64,000 nucleotides of DNA from Callorhinchus milii. Lineage: Eukaryota. The stretch lies in the NCBI RefSeq assembly GCF_018977255.1, contig NW_024704743.1:106642001-106706000 (forward strand), written 5' to 3'. A program made the position numbers and the translations under genes. A model generated the notes under the pieces. The model ran no database searches, had not been told where the DNA came from, and saw nothing but the letters and a program-made list of their open reading frames with translations. This document shows positions 52,424-62,965 of this stretch, one piece after another (the first letter of the stretch is position 1; each line of letters begins with the position of its first letter).

Positions 52424-53103
52424 TGTAGAGATAGGGGAAAAGGGTTAAGCAATCAGAAACAAACATAGGGTTAAAATACTGTAGAGATGCTGCAAAAAGA
52501 GAAAGAGAAGGGGGAAATAGAGAATTCCCCACCTTAAACTCCTAGAGTGTGGAGCTAGTGTAGTAGAATTCCAGTTAAGAGAAAAGACTGGTGAGTTGCA
52601 GGGCCAGTTAGAATAGCCTTTGAAATTGGAATTGTAGAGAAAATAAAGCCCTGAAGAATTGCGGGCAAGAAAGGATTAGTCCCAGTCATGACTGGGAACA
52701 ATCCTTATCGAGCAGTGCGGCTCTTAAGGCAGCACAAAAACAGGATATCAATTGGATTTACTTAAATGAATAAATAATTACAAAAAAATTTTAGTGTACG
52801 TGTTTTCTGTTTTTATGTCTCAATTTCGTTTTATGTATTTTGGCTTTATATGTAAGGTAAAGACAAGGGAAAGAAAGGCTATGCAGCAGAGAATGTGACA
52901 AGTTGAAAGCAAAAGAGAGAGAGAACAGGAGGGGTTAAGTGAAAAAAGACACGGACAAGAGAAAGAGATTCAGTGTGAAACTAATAACAATAGAAGACAG
53001 GCGTTTTTTTTAAAAAAAGCAATTAAAATGTCCTTTGGAAAAATTAACACAGCTTTATGCTGAAAATATTTTATTATACAGCAACTGTCATGAATGACAG
53101 TTA

Positions 53104-53293
53104 AAAAACAATAATAAATTGGTCACTTCAATCCATGACTGTTTGTGGGACACTGCTGTGCGCAATTGTCTGCCGCATTTCGCCCACAAATATACAATCG
53201 ATTCACTTTACAGTATATTCTGTGAAGCACTTTGAGACGTCCAGAAGACACGAAAAGCACTATATCAAAATGCAAGGATTATTATTATTATTA
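53104..53293 (+). mobile_element. Young SINE 3' half (type-2 tail) inside the LTR element
   Basis: AATTGGTCACTTCAATCCATGACTGTTTGTGGG..GAGACGTCCAGAAGACACG..(TTA)n. Confidence 0.9.
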
Positions 53294-53839
53294 ATGCCCT
53301 CACCCTCCTTGTTCCCCACCTTCTCCCCCTCTCTTTCCTCCCCGTCTCCTTGACTTTAACCTCTCAGATTTTATGCAGATTTTCATCAACGGCTCCAGCG
53401 TTTACTTCAACTACAAGTCAAAAAAAATTCTAAGGATTTGGTTTGTATCAGCTCATCTGTAGATAAAGTAAAGACTTGTTTCAAGATTTCTCTGTTCACT
53501 CCAAAAATTGCGAAACAAGGTGCTCGAAGTGGGGAGAGACATGGTTTGCGAGCACTCCCGTTTCTCTCTCTCCCCTTATCAAAAAAACATGCTCAAGGTC
53601 ACTGGCTGCTTGGGATGAGCAGAGATGTGGTTGCAGCTGTAGTTTGTTTTTTTTCAGCAGGTTATGAACCCGAGCCACTTGAAAAGCTTGATTTTGAGGC
53701 TCTTTTGTATATTTGGGGAATTTTAGCAACAATTAACCAGCCAAATGGCAAAGACAAATTTGAAAATCAAATTGATCAAAAACAAATTGATCTCCAAATT
53801 CATATGACATGCATAATGGCTAAACCAGGGTTATGGGTG

Positions 53840-54495
53840 TGCGTATATATATATTTGTGGAGAACTGTTAAAAAGAAATACAGGCTCCAAAATAGCAAGG
53901 AACTAAAGCGCCTGACGGCCACCAAGGTCTCCCCGGATGGCAATGAGCTTCCTAAGTCTCTGTGGATATGTTGCAGCCCTTCGGAAGGATATTTGGGGAA
54001 GGCCAACAGTCACAGCATGAGTTTAAGACCACTCTGCGTATTATTGGTTGTCTCAGGTGTCTCCCTAACTGTTCTCTGAGAAGAGCAACCCAAACAGTCA
54101 CAATAGACCTCAGCTAAAAGTGTCAACATGAGTAGTTTTGAAGATCTGATGCAGAGGGTTATCTGTCCAAACCTTTTAAGCCTCAAACATTAAATCTCAA
54201 GTTTTTCCCCATAAGAAGTTGTGACTGAACGGTCCATGAGAATGCCTGAGCACTTATGGTTGGATGGCTAGCCCACACTAGAACTGCAAGGTATTACCCT
54301 TGAAAATGATGCAAATAAGTTAGTATAGGATTTAGCGTAAGCTAGCAGCGATAAAAATCTGGGGAAGTAAGTCAGCAACGAAAAGGTACAGAGATAAAGG
54401 AAGAAAAAGTATGTAGGTAAAGGATTGAGAAGAAACATGAAGGTCCTCACCGAATTATATATAAGGCGAGTCCATCTGTTTACCAGCTATGCATT
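53840..54495 (+). pseudogene. pol remnant (RNase H end and integrase C-terminal region)
   Basis: TKVSPDGN (RNase H-like); FSP*EVVTERSMRMPEHLW at 54203-54259 (SPYExxxGR motif); KHEGPHRIIYKASPSVYQL at 54433-54489 (GPY/F motif); many stops and deletions. Confidence 0.8.
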
Positions 54496-54584
54496 CAGTT
54501 AAAAATGATTAAGGCAGCCGATGTGAAGTCTGTATTGAATAGAAAAATAATTGCAAGTGTGTTATTTGAAAGCTACATGCAGTT

Positions 54585-54690
54585 AGAATCGTAGTAGTAT
54601 GTTTTGGCACACAGGGTACAGGCCATTCAGTCCATCGTACTTGTGCCAGCTCTCTTTAAGAGAAGTCCCACTCACCCCACATTTACCCTT
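54585..54690 (-). mobile_element. CR1 3' tail fragment inside the LTR element
   Basis: AGAATCGTAG..GGCCATTCAGTCCATCGTACTTGTGCCAGCTCT..TCCCACTC. Confidence 0.7.
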
Positions 54691-55334
54691 TTATGCTTTT
54701 GTGTGGCAGTTTAAAAAAATTGCCTGCGGTTCTCACTGAATGGGATACTTAAGATGAAAGTTCTCCTTTCAAACAAAATACCACTCCTCCCCCTCTCTTT
54801 CCAAACCAGTTGTATGTTTTGAAGTCTGTATGTTTAGCTCCCACAGCTGTGGAAGATGTCAACAAAATGGCTGTGCTGACACCCATACAGCACCACAGAA
54901 CAATGGTCACTCCACAACAGAATGACGAGTGGACAAGTACAACCCATCCATCATCTACTTCACAATACCTGCACAGAGATCAGGGTCTACATTGGCAGCC
55001 GTGTGTGTTTTGTATGCGTCGGGTGTGGTAGTGTGCGAGGCAATGGGGTCGATAAGTAGAATAAACGCTATGATAGTTCGAGAAGAATTGTTAGTATTAA
55101 GAATACATTATTCTGATTTATTTTATGTAGCATTTACTTTGTCTGGTCCAGTATTTCAGTCATGCTCAAAACCTTCAGGCAAGGGTAGAGGGAACACCCA
55201 CTGAAGTAATATAAAACATTTCTGTGGCCATACTGTTCCTGTTGATCATGATATTGTCGATAATGATGTGTTGTAATTACAGTTGCTAAAATGAGTTGAA
55301 AGGATTGTTGTGGTGGCTGAGGTAAAGGGAAATC

Positions 55335-56445
55335 GTGAAGATTCTGATGGTGATAGTGGCTGTGCTATCAGGTTGACCCACTCAAGGTGGGAACTGGACA
55401 GTTAGCAATCCCAGAATTCTAGTTTGTCATAAGTTGATCAAAAGGAAAATCACAAAGACTCATTCTCTTGTTTTGCTGAAATAGAGCTGACTTTATGGAC
55501 TCTCAAGGACATTGGTAACATCAGTATGTAAAAGGTTGCCAAGAACAAAAGGAATGTACTGCAAATGCATTGTCTTCAAGGTTAAAATCCGTCAGACTTA
55601 GACTGTTTCCATCATTTCATCAATTTTCGTTAACTCCAGCAATTTCAGTAAGAAGGAACCTGTGGAAGCTCCAGAATGTCTGAAATCGATTGAAAGGTAA
55701 CCTTGAAGGACATCTGTATTTAACCCTACAATGAGTGGTAAAAACAAGCTGTTGAATGTCTCACTGCAGATTTAGCATACATGACTAGAAAGGTCTAAGT
55801 ATGGGAACGAAGAAGACAAGTCTAACCAATCTTGAGAAAAGAGATATTCTACAATCAACATTAATAATAATAATAATCCTTGCATTTGATATAGCGCTTT
55901 TCACGTCAGGAGGACGTCCCAAAGCGCTTCACAGAACACACTGTAAAGTGAATTGACTGTATATTTGTGGGCGAACGCGGCAGCCAATTGCGCACAGCAA
56001 TGTCCCACAAACAGTCGTAGATTGAAAATGACCAATTTATTATTGTTTTTGGATTTGGAGGGATTATTATTAGGCGTGTGGAGTAAGGAAACTTGCCCAA
56101 GGTTTTGCCCTGTCTGGAATTGAACTCAGGTCTCTCGCTTGCAAAGCGAGTGCTCTAACCACTGAGCTACAGGACTCCACAACCACTGAGCTACAGGACT
56201 CCACTACACCACTGAGCTACAGGACATTGATCGAACGATGTTAACAAGTCAATTCCTAATCTGAGCTGCTTTATCAATCTGATTAATTCATTGCACTGAA
56301 CTTTATTACTCATGTCATATGCGTTTGTGATTGCTCAAAATGTAATCTTATGTTGCTAATATTGCCTTTATGTTATTTGAGGTGCTTGTTAAAACAAACT
56401 CAAAAGAGGGAAAAGTATCTTGAGTTGAAACAGTTAATTAAGTGA
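55335..56445 (+). pseudogene. env-like remnant, interrupted by a SINE
   Basis: Signal-peptide-like VKILMVIVAVLSG*PTQG followed by sequon NWT; KNKR/NVL at about 55541-55561; C-terminal TLLLMSYAFVIAQNVIL / MLLILPLCYLRCLLKQTQKREKYLELKQLIK* ending 35 nt before the polypurine tract. Confidence 0.55.
55863..56225 (-). mobile_element. Full-length young SINE (type-1 tail) with a triplicated 5' end
   Basis: Near-identical to 25040-25377; head repeats at 56157-56180, 56181-56204 and 56208-56225; TSD ACATT at 55858-55862 and 56224-56228. Confidence 0.97.
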
Positions 56446-56480
56446 CAAATGATGTGAGAGCTCAGATGTTCCTTGCTCTC

Positions 56481-56490
56481 AAGGAGGGGA
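56481..56490 (+). promoter_or_regulatory. Polypurine tract (plus-strand primer site) of the LTR element
   Basis: AAGGAGGGGA, separated by 1 nt from the 3' LTR start. Confidence 0.8.
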
Positions 56491-56491
56491 C

Positions 56492-57213
56492 TATAGAGAT
56501 AGGGGAAAAGGGTTAAGCAATCATAAACTAAAATAGAGTTAAAACCATACTAATAAGGTTAGCGGGCACCAACAAAGGGGAGTAGTGATAACTTAGAAGC
56601 TGTAATCGCAAGGCTGGAGCAAAGAACTTTTAGGGGAGGTACTATAACCTTGTAGATAAGGAAGTGAAACAGACCAAACAATTCATTAATAGAGTTGCTT
56701 CAGAAAGGGGCCAAGAATTAGACTGCGAAACACGCCTGGGAAACAAGCTTGGGCCACAGGAAAGAGACATGATCAGCAGGGGATGGAGAATGATCAAGGG
56801 AGAAGTTAAAGGTGGTTGTGCCTAGTACAGAAAGCCTCCTTGAAATACTTGAGATAGGAAGAGAGTAGACAGTGCTGATAGATTAGGAGAAGTAACATAT
56901 AACTATTAAAAGGATATATGCAGATTCAGCGCTAAAATTAGTCGATGACAGAAATAAAAGGCACGAAGTAGAAGAGTTATGAGACCAGGAGTAGTGAGGT
57001 CTGTAAGGAAGGAAGGTTTTCTCCAGTCAGAGTGTGGTGTTATCGCGGGTAATATACATTTCGATTGTTATGCTGGATAAAACTGTATGCTAATGTGACA
57101 ATATATTAGTGTTAATGCAGAGACTGTTGCTGCTTGTGTGTGAATAAAGACCTTTTCTTTGAATCGTTGTGTCAACTCGTACTAAGTAAACTGGTGTTCT
57201 GGCAGACCTTACA
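56492..57213 (+). repeat. 3' LTR (722 bp)
   Basis: Starts TATAGAG (TG in the 5' copy), ends CCTTACA; TATA-like TATTAAAAG at 56904-56912; AATAAA at 57143-57148. Confidence 0.85.
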
Positions 57214-57217
57214 ATAG

Positions 57218-57450
57218 TGGGTTGAAATCCCACAACGGGTGTTAAACTCAGTTAGGTTGACATTCCAAAGCAGTGCTGGGAGAATACTGCATTGTCAGAG
57301 GTGCTTCCTTTGAATGAGATGTTTAACCAAGGTCTCGGCTACCTATTCAGGTGGATTTTAAAAATTCCATGAAACTATTTGAAAAGAGAACGGAATTCTT
57401 CCCGGTGTCCTGGCCAAAAATCCCCCAGATGAAAAATTGATCGTTCACTG
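57218..57450 (+). mobile_element. Deu-SINE (right part) continuing from 52423
   Basis: TGGGTTGAAATCCCAC..GCAGTGCTGGGAG..TGCATTGTCAGAGGTGC..ATGAGATGTT..CAGGTGGA..CCGGTGTCCTGGCCAA. Confidence 0.8.
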
Positions 57451-58360
57451 ATCGTATCAGGTACAGCACACGAGACTCGAATCTAATTTACGGTTTGTGC
57501 TAACAATGAGTAACTACACACATGTGTAAATGGGATATTTACAGAATGCACTATTTATATCATTATTAACTAATGAAAATAGATACAAGTAATGTTACAC
57601 ACTCACTCTGCCTAAAACCGCTGGCTTCACACTCGGGATGGCAATGAGCCAGAGGTTACAAACTGTGAAACTTGTGTTCAGTGATCATGATGGGAATCGT
57701 TAAATAAATCAGCTAAGTGGTGATTGCAATTCCCCTCGCTTCATGTGCTGCTGACCAAAGCTAGAAAACAGTCTTCAGCATAGTGATTACTTTCCTTCAA
57801 AAGAAAATGCTGTAATTTCTCTAAATTTTAATTTGTATGGCACAGGGAGGACATATTACAGCATAAATGATGGAGATTTATTTGTCTCTTCACTTCATCT
57901 CAAAAGGAACAAAAGCCATCTGTTCTTAGATTGAAGATAACTGGCTTCTCCATTCAATTCCATTTAATCCTTTATTTAATTTCACTTACACTGAAAGACA
58001 TATGAACAAAGCATGTTGTTATATAAGTTGCCAAGTCTTTTGTACAAGAACATTTCTTTTGACCGGGTGTAGTCACTACCGAATTATTTTCAAGATAGCG
58101 ATTGTCGCAAAACCATTTGTAATCATTTTTTGTTGATTAGAAAAAGCAGAGCCAGCTTTCCAAAGGCATGGTTTGAGAATAGATGTGCATACAAATTCAT
58201 GATGCCCACACACCTCAGTGGTGCTGCTAGGCATCAAACAAAACAAAATTCGATCTTGTCCTCATATGCAAAAATTGTAACTCTTTAAATTTAGACCATT
58301 TTTCTGTAACACCATTTTTAATCTAATACAATAACTTTAAATATGTTATTCATTGAAAGG

Positions 58361-58470
58361 CGTCATCCTGGCTCAGTTGGTAGCAGTCTCACCTCTGAGT
58401 CAGAAGCCGTGGGTTCAAGCCGTATGTTGAGACTTTGAACTCACACTCGAGGCTAACACTTTAGTACAGT
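58361..58470 (+). mobile_element. Deu-SINE head
   Basis: CCTGGCTCAGTTGGTAGCAGTCTCACCTCTGAGTCAGAAGCCGTGGGTTCAAGCC. Confidence 0.8.
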
Positions 58471-58507
58471 GATGTAGAGTTACGAGTTGCAAGTTATGAT
58501 TAGTAGA

Positions 58508-58548
58508 GACATAAAGCATCACAAGTGCTACTTGTGATGCTTTATGTC
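58508..58548. repeat. Perfect 19-bp inverted repeat with 3-nt loop
   Basis: GACATAAAGCATCACAAGT-GCT-ACTTGTGATGCTTTATGTC. Confidence 0.95.
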
Positions 58549-58600
58549 ATGTGTACTGAAGTAAGAACCTATCCCCTTTTTTGCCTTAAGCAGAGATAAA

Positions 58601-58712
58601 GCGTTTCGCCCACAAAATATACGATTAATTAATTAGCTTTACAATATATTCTGTGAGGCGCTTTGAGACGTCTCGTGATAAGGCACTATATCAAATGCAA
58701 GGATTATTATTA
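58601..58712 (+). mobile_element. SINE 3' tail fragment
   Basis: GCGTTTCGCCCACAAAATATAC..GCGCTTTGAGACGTCTCGTGATAAGGCACTATATCAAATGCAAGG(ATT)n. Confidence 0.85.
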
Positions 58713-59417
58713 TAATAGACAGTATGAGCAAACCTAAAGTTAAGCTATATGGAGCCACGGGTTAGCAGATCTGCCTAAGGTGTTATTTTATGGGCTGAGT
58801 TGTAAAGCAATGATTTTCTGCATCTAGAAACTTAAAATAACAAGTTTAAATATAAATGCATGCATTGATGAATGAAACACCTGTTCTTTCTTGTCTCTTA
58901 ATAATCAGTTTATAGCTTGCGCTGCACTGTGCACTGCTGAACTTGTTAATGAAGGGCTAGAGATCTATGATAAGCAGAGCCGCATTACCAAATCCGACCT
59001 TCAATTGGAGACTGTGGCAGAAACTGATGGCACCGTAATGTGAACAGAAACAGTATAATCTGTCTTATAAAATAGCATTCCTTGAATTGCGAATTGCTCA
59101 ATAATTGTGTTGGAGTATAGCAAAACTTTTTGAAAAGAGCATTCAGACAAGTGATTTTTTAAGTATAGGCTAAGATTACAATAACATATCTATCACCAGA
59201 AATCCATTGCTATCACAATGGTCATAGGGCAGTAAATTGTTGGCACACAATTTAAATCAAGGTAATGTACCATGAACAAAACTACGGAAGAATTGTACTG
59301 AAAGATTAGGGGAGAAATTTCACCCGAGTCAAAATCGATTCTCTTTTCTTAGCATTTTAGAATGTGCAGAATTTCGCAACTTCTTAAATGCAAATCTTAA
59401 TTTATTTCACGGCTTCA

Positions 59418-59696
59418 TGGAGTCCTGTATCTTAATGGTTAGAACACTTGCTCACAAGCGAGAGGACCTGATTCCCAGGCAGGGCGAAACATTAAGTAAG
59501 TTTCCTTACTCTACACACATCTGTTTACGTAGCACTAAGTAGAAACACAGTTTGTGGGACACTGCTGTGGGGAATTTGCTGTCGCATTTCGTCCACAAAA
59601 TATACAGTCAATTCACTTCATAATATATTCTGTGAAGCGCTTTGAGACTTCTCTAAGATGTGATAAGACGCTACATCAAATGCAAGGATTATTATT
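59418..59696 (+). mobile_element. Diverged tRNA-headed SINE
   Basis: TGGAGTCCTGTA..GGTTAGAACAC..CCAGGCAGGGCGAAAC..TTTCCTTACTC through to the tail. Confidence 0.85.
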
Positions 59697-60535
59697 GTAT
59701 TATGTATATATATTTGGCTGTTTGTGAAACATTGCTGTGCAAATTGACTGCCAAAATATCCAGGTTGCCTATAAAGTACAGTCACTACATTTCACAATAA
59801 AAATTCTGTGAAGTGCTTCAAGATGTCTGGACATATATCAAGCATAAATTGTATTTCTTACTATTACTATTATTTAAATCACGCTAATAACTCATTGACT
59901 ATTGAAATAGATCCTGTTTATTCATAAGAAATAAAATGGCAATCAGTTTTGGACGGTGACCTGCCGTATCAGTTTTCAGAACCTCAGTGAGTAAGATCAA
60001 ATGGATGCCCTCCTGAACCTCTTAAAAATCTAACCCATTCACTGCACAAACAAATTTTTTCACAAATCCGCTCTTACCTGGATTAATTATGCTCAAGATG
60101 CTCAAGTGAAAAATCCAACCTTTAAAAGTCTGGCAGCATATTACCCACTGTTTTGTAACATTAGCTTTCCACTTTAGCAGCAGGAGCAGTTTATTACTTT
60201 AGTCAGTGATGGTACTTCCAATACGGTTACTGCCAGATTATCTTAACCACATTCAGTTACACCAAAGTATAACAGATTCTTACACATTGACTAGAAAACA
60301 CCAATTAAGTCAATTATTGTTTAGTTTTCATTAGAATAAGGTTATTCCAATCTTTCAAATTCTTGTAATCCGAGCAATACATTGATGTCGGAAAACATTA
60401 AAAGAAACAACTTGGTCTAACTTGTGATATTTCCTAATGAGATTCTTTAATATGTAATCAGAGCAGCACAAATAAGGCTGGTTACCAGTTCTACTCTGAT
60501 CAGTGGGAACCAAATAAAACTTTGTCATTTACTTT

Positions 60536-60856
60536 GTGTAGTCCTGTAGCTCAGTGGTTAGAGCACTTGCTTTGCAAGCGAGAGACCTGAGTTCAATTCC
60601 AGGCAGGGCGAAACCTTACAAGAAAGTTTCCTTACTCCACACGCCCAATAATAATCCCTCCAAAACCAAAAACAATAATAAATTGGTCATTTTCAATCTA
60701 TGACTGTTTGTGGGACATTGCTGTGCGCAATTGGCTGCTGCATTCGCCCACAAATATACAATCAATTCACTTTGCAGTGTGTTCTGTGAAGCGCTTTGGG
60801 AAGTCCTCCCGACGTGAAAAGCGCTATATCAAATGCAAGGATTATTATTATTATTA
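60536..60856 (+). mobile_element. Full-length young SINE (type-1 tail) inserted in an older Deu-SINE tail
   Basis: Complete head to tail; flanks CAAATAAAACTTTGTCATTTACTT | ATCATGACTGTTTGTGG..CTGTGAAGC rejoin as the older SINE. Confidence 0.95.
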
Positions 60857-62789
60857 ATCATGACTGTTTGTGGAGGATTACTGTGGGTAGTTCTGTCACT
60901 TTAAAGTACGTCCTGTGAAGCTCGTTGAGACATTCTTCCAACATGAAAAGCGCTTTATCAATTGTAAGCAACTCTGCTCCAATGTGATCTATTTCCAAGT
61001 GGAATGCCTACAGGAAAACATAAATCTAATAGTAACGTAAGGAGGTTATGAATAAGTAGAAAGTATGTTGATTCTTTCATATGCTGAATCTACCACCCAA
61101 CATATGAGGAGTCTCACATGAATCCTTTGTCAGCGGCTCTAAGGATTTACAACTGCTAATAATATTTTGCCAGAGAAACGTTTCAAGCATATGTAGGGGA
61201 TTAGAGTGGCATTGTTCAGTTTATCCTATCCATCTAGCACCAGAAAATGACTGATGACTTATCTGGAGGGATGAAGATTTATTCAGTTCCCGAAAGAACT
61301 GTTTGCCACATTGCAACAATTCTCTAATGCTGTTAGATTTCTCAAAATTCTAGAAGTGCTCAGCAATACCAACATTAAGTCAATGGGATCCAGCAAGCAT
61401 TAAATATACTATGGAAGTCTATGTACCTCGCGATACATTAACCACAGCACAATGTTCTGAACTAATCCAATTCTGGTTATCAGTCAAAACAAGGTTTTCA
61501 AAACAAGCAGAAAACCGTAACCTGAAAAGTACCCAGGCTCATATTAAAGCACTTCATTGTCAGTCAGCCTTTCGCGCCTTATCTATTCAAACAGGATAAT
61601 CCACTGCAAAGGTAGTTGTTGGGGATATGAATGTGGCCCAGAAGAATTAACACCACTGTGCCAAACTTCAACAGACAGACACAAATACATCCAGGCATCT
61701 TAAGCACCAACTTGTATGTTTAAATGAATCTAAAAATGAATGTGAGTAGCTTAGTTTTAAAGCCAATGTGCCTGAGTCAAGTGCAAATGTTGCAGACATT
61801 TGCCACAAATATCCAGTCAGTTCACTTTACAGTACATTCTGTGAAGCGCTGATAAGGCACTATATCAAATGCAAGGATTTTATTAGTAGTATTATTATTA
61901 TCTGTGTTTGGACATTAAATTTGTTTGTGAGCAGATTTAAAGGAGATGGATGTCAATAATGCAGAACAAATGCATGTGCAATAAAATCATGTATGCAAAT
62001 CACATTATTTGCTTAAGGTGTAAATTAATCATACTGGAATCATTTCCTTTTACTACAGTTATCAGTTGTTTGTGAGACATTGCTGTGCACAAACTGGCTG
62101 TCGGGTTTCGCCCACAAAATACAATCAATACACTTTACAGTATACACAGTATAGGTCCTATATCAATTGCAAGGATTATGATTATTTATACTGTCCATTG
62201 TGCTATTAATAACAATAATAGTACATCGGGAGGAAGTCTCAATGCGCTTTAGAAGATTTTACTGTGAAGTGTGGTAACTGTGTATTTTGTAGGCAAATGT
62301 TGTTAGAACAAGTGCCTGTTGTCTGGAACAGGTAATTATTTTCTGGTCCCTTTTGCTTGGCATCAAAGTTTATTTTAACTTTCTTTTTCAAAGCAGTCGC
62401 ACTCTAAACCATGTTGTGACTGCATTGACACAGTCTTTGGGTAGGGTCTGACAGCAAACAGCTTCAAAATGCATGTTCAGTATTACAGGCAGAAAAGAAT
62501 TCAAGTTGGAGGCAAATACACCCAGCAGTTCGGCAAAACACACTGATACAAAAATTGGTTGATTCCTTCTGAGTCCAAAATGTCAGTCTTAAATTGCAGA
62601 TATGACGAGGAAAAGTACAAAGCACAAACTCCCTGCAGCACTGATTCTCAAACAGATTCCTCTCCCACAAAGCACTCTATCTAGATTGTTGAGTCAGGTT
62701 TGCAGAGAAGGCTTCTTCTCTCTAAAAATATTGAGATTTGAAATGACTACAATTAGCGCTTATTTCAGCTGCTTTGTTACAATTGAACA

Positions 62790-62965
62790 ATCCCCCCAAA
62801 TAAAATTGGTCATTCGCTTCATGATTGTCTGCACATATTGGCTGCTGTGTTTGCCTACAAAATACACAAACACTATAAATTACAGAATGCACTGTGAAGT
62901 ACCTTGAGACATGCTTCTAAAATAAAATAAGCTATATCAAATGCAAGTACTGTGTTATTATTATT
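62790..62965 (+). mobile_element. Old SINE 3' half
   Basis: CAAATAAAATTGGTCATTCGCTTCATG..TTGGCTGCTGTGTTTGCCTACAAAATAC..GCTATATCAAATGCAAG. Confidence 0.75.

Larger units (their letters stand above)
52424..57213 (+). mobile_element. Decayed env-bearing LTR retroelement / endogenous retrovirus-like provirus
   Basis: TGTA...TACA termini; first 53 bp match the start of the 3' LTR (48/53); polypurine tract; integrase motifs; imperfect TSD CTAG/ATAG; the host SINE rejoins across it. Confidence 0.85.

Noticed and set aside
53438..54079. 213-aa ORF as an intact gene
   Set aside because: Non-ATG start and no coherent domain. Its 3' part contains only scattered pol-like fragments of the decayed LTR element, and the adjacent integrase region is full of stops.
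56157..56225. CRISPR-like direct repeats
   Set aside because: No spacers, vertebrate context, and the repeats are the SINE 5' end.
60536..60612. tRNA-Ala(TGC) gene (also at 25300-25377, 36323-36398 and 56105-56180)
   Set aside because: Cloverleaf-like, but always fused to the SINE body and tail, often with TSDs; these are SINE heads.
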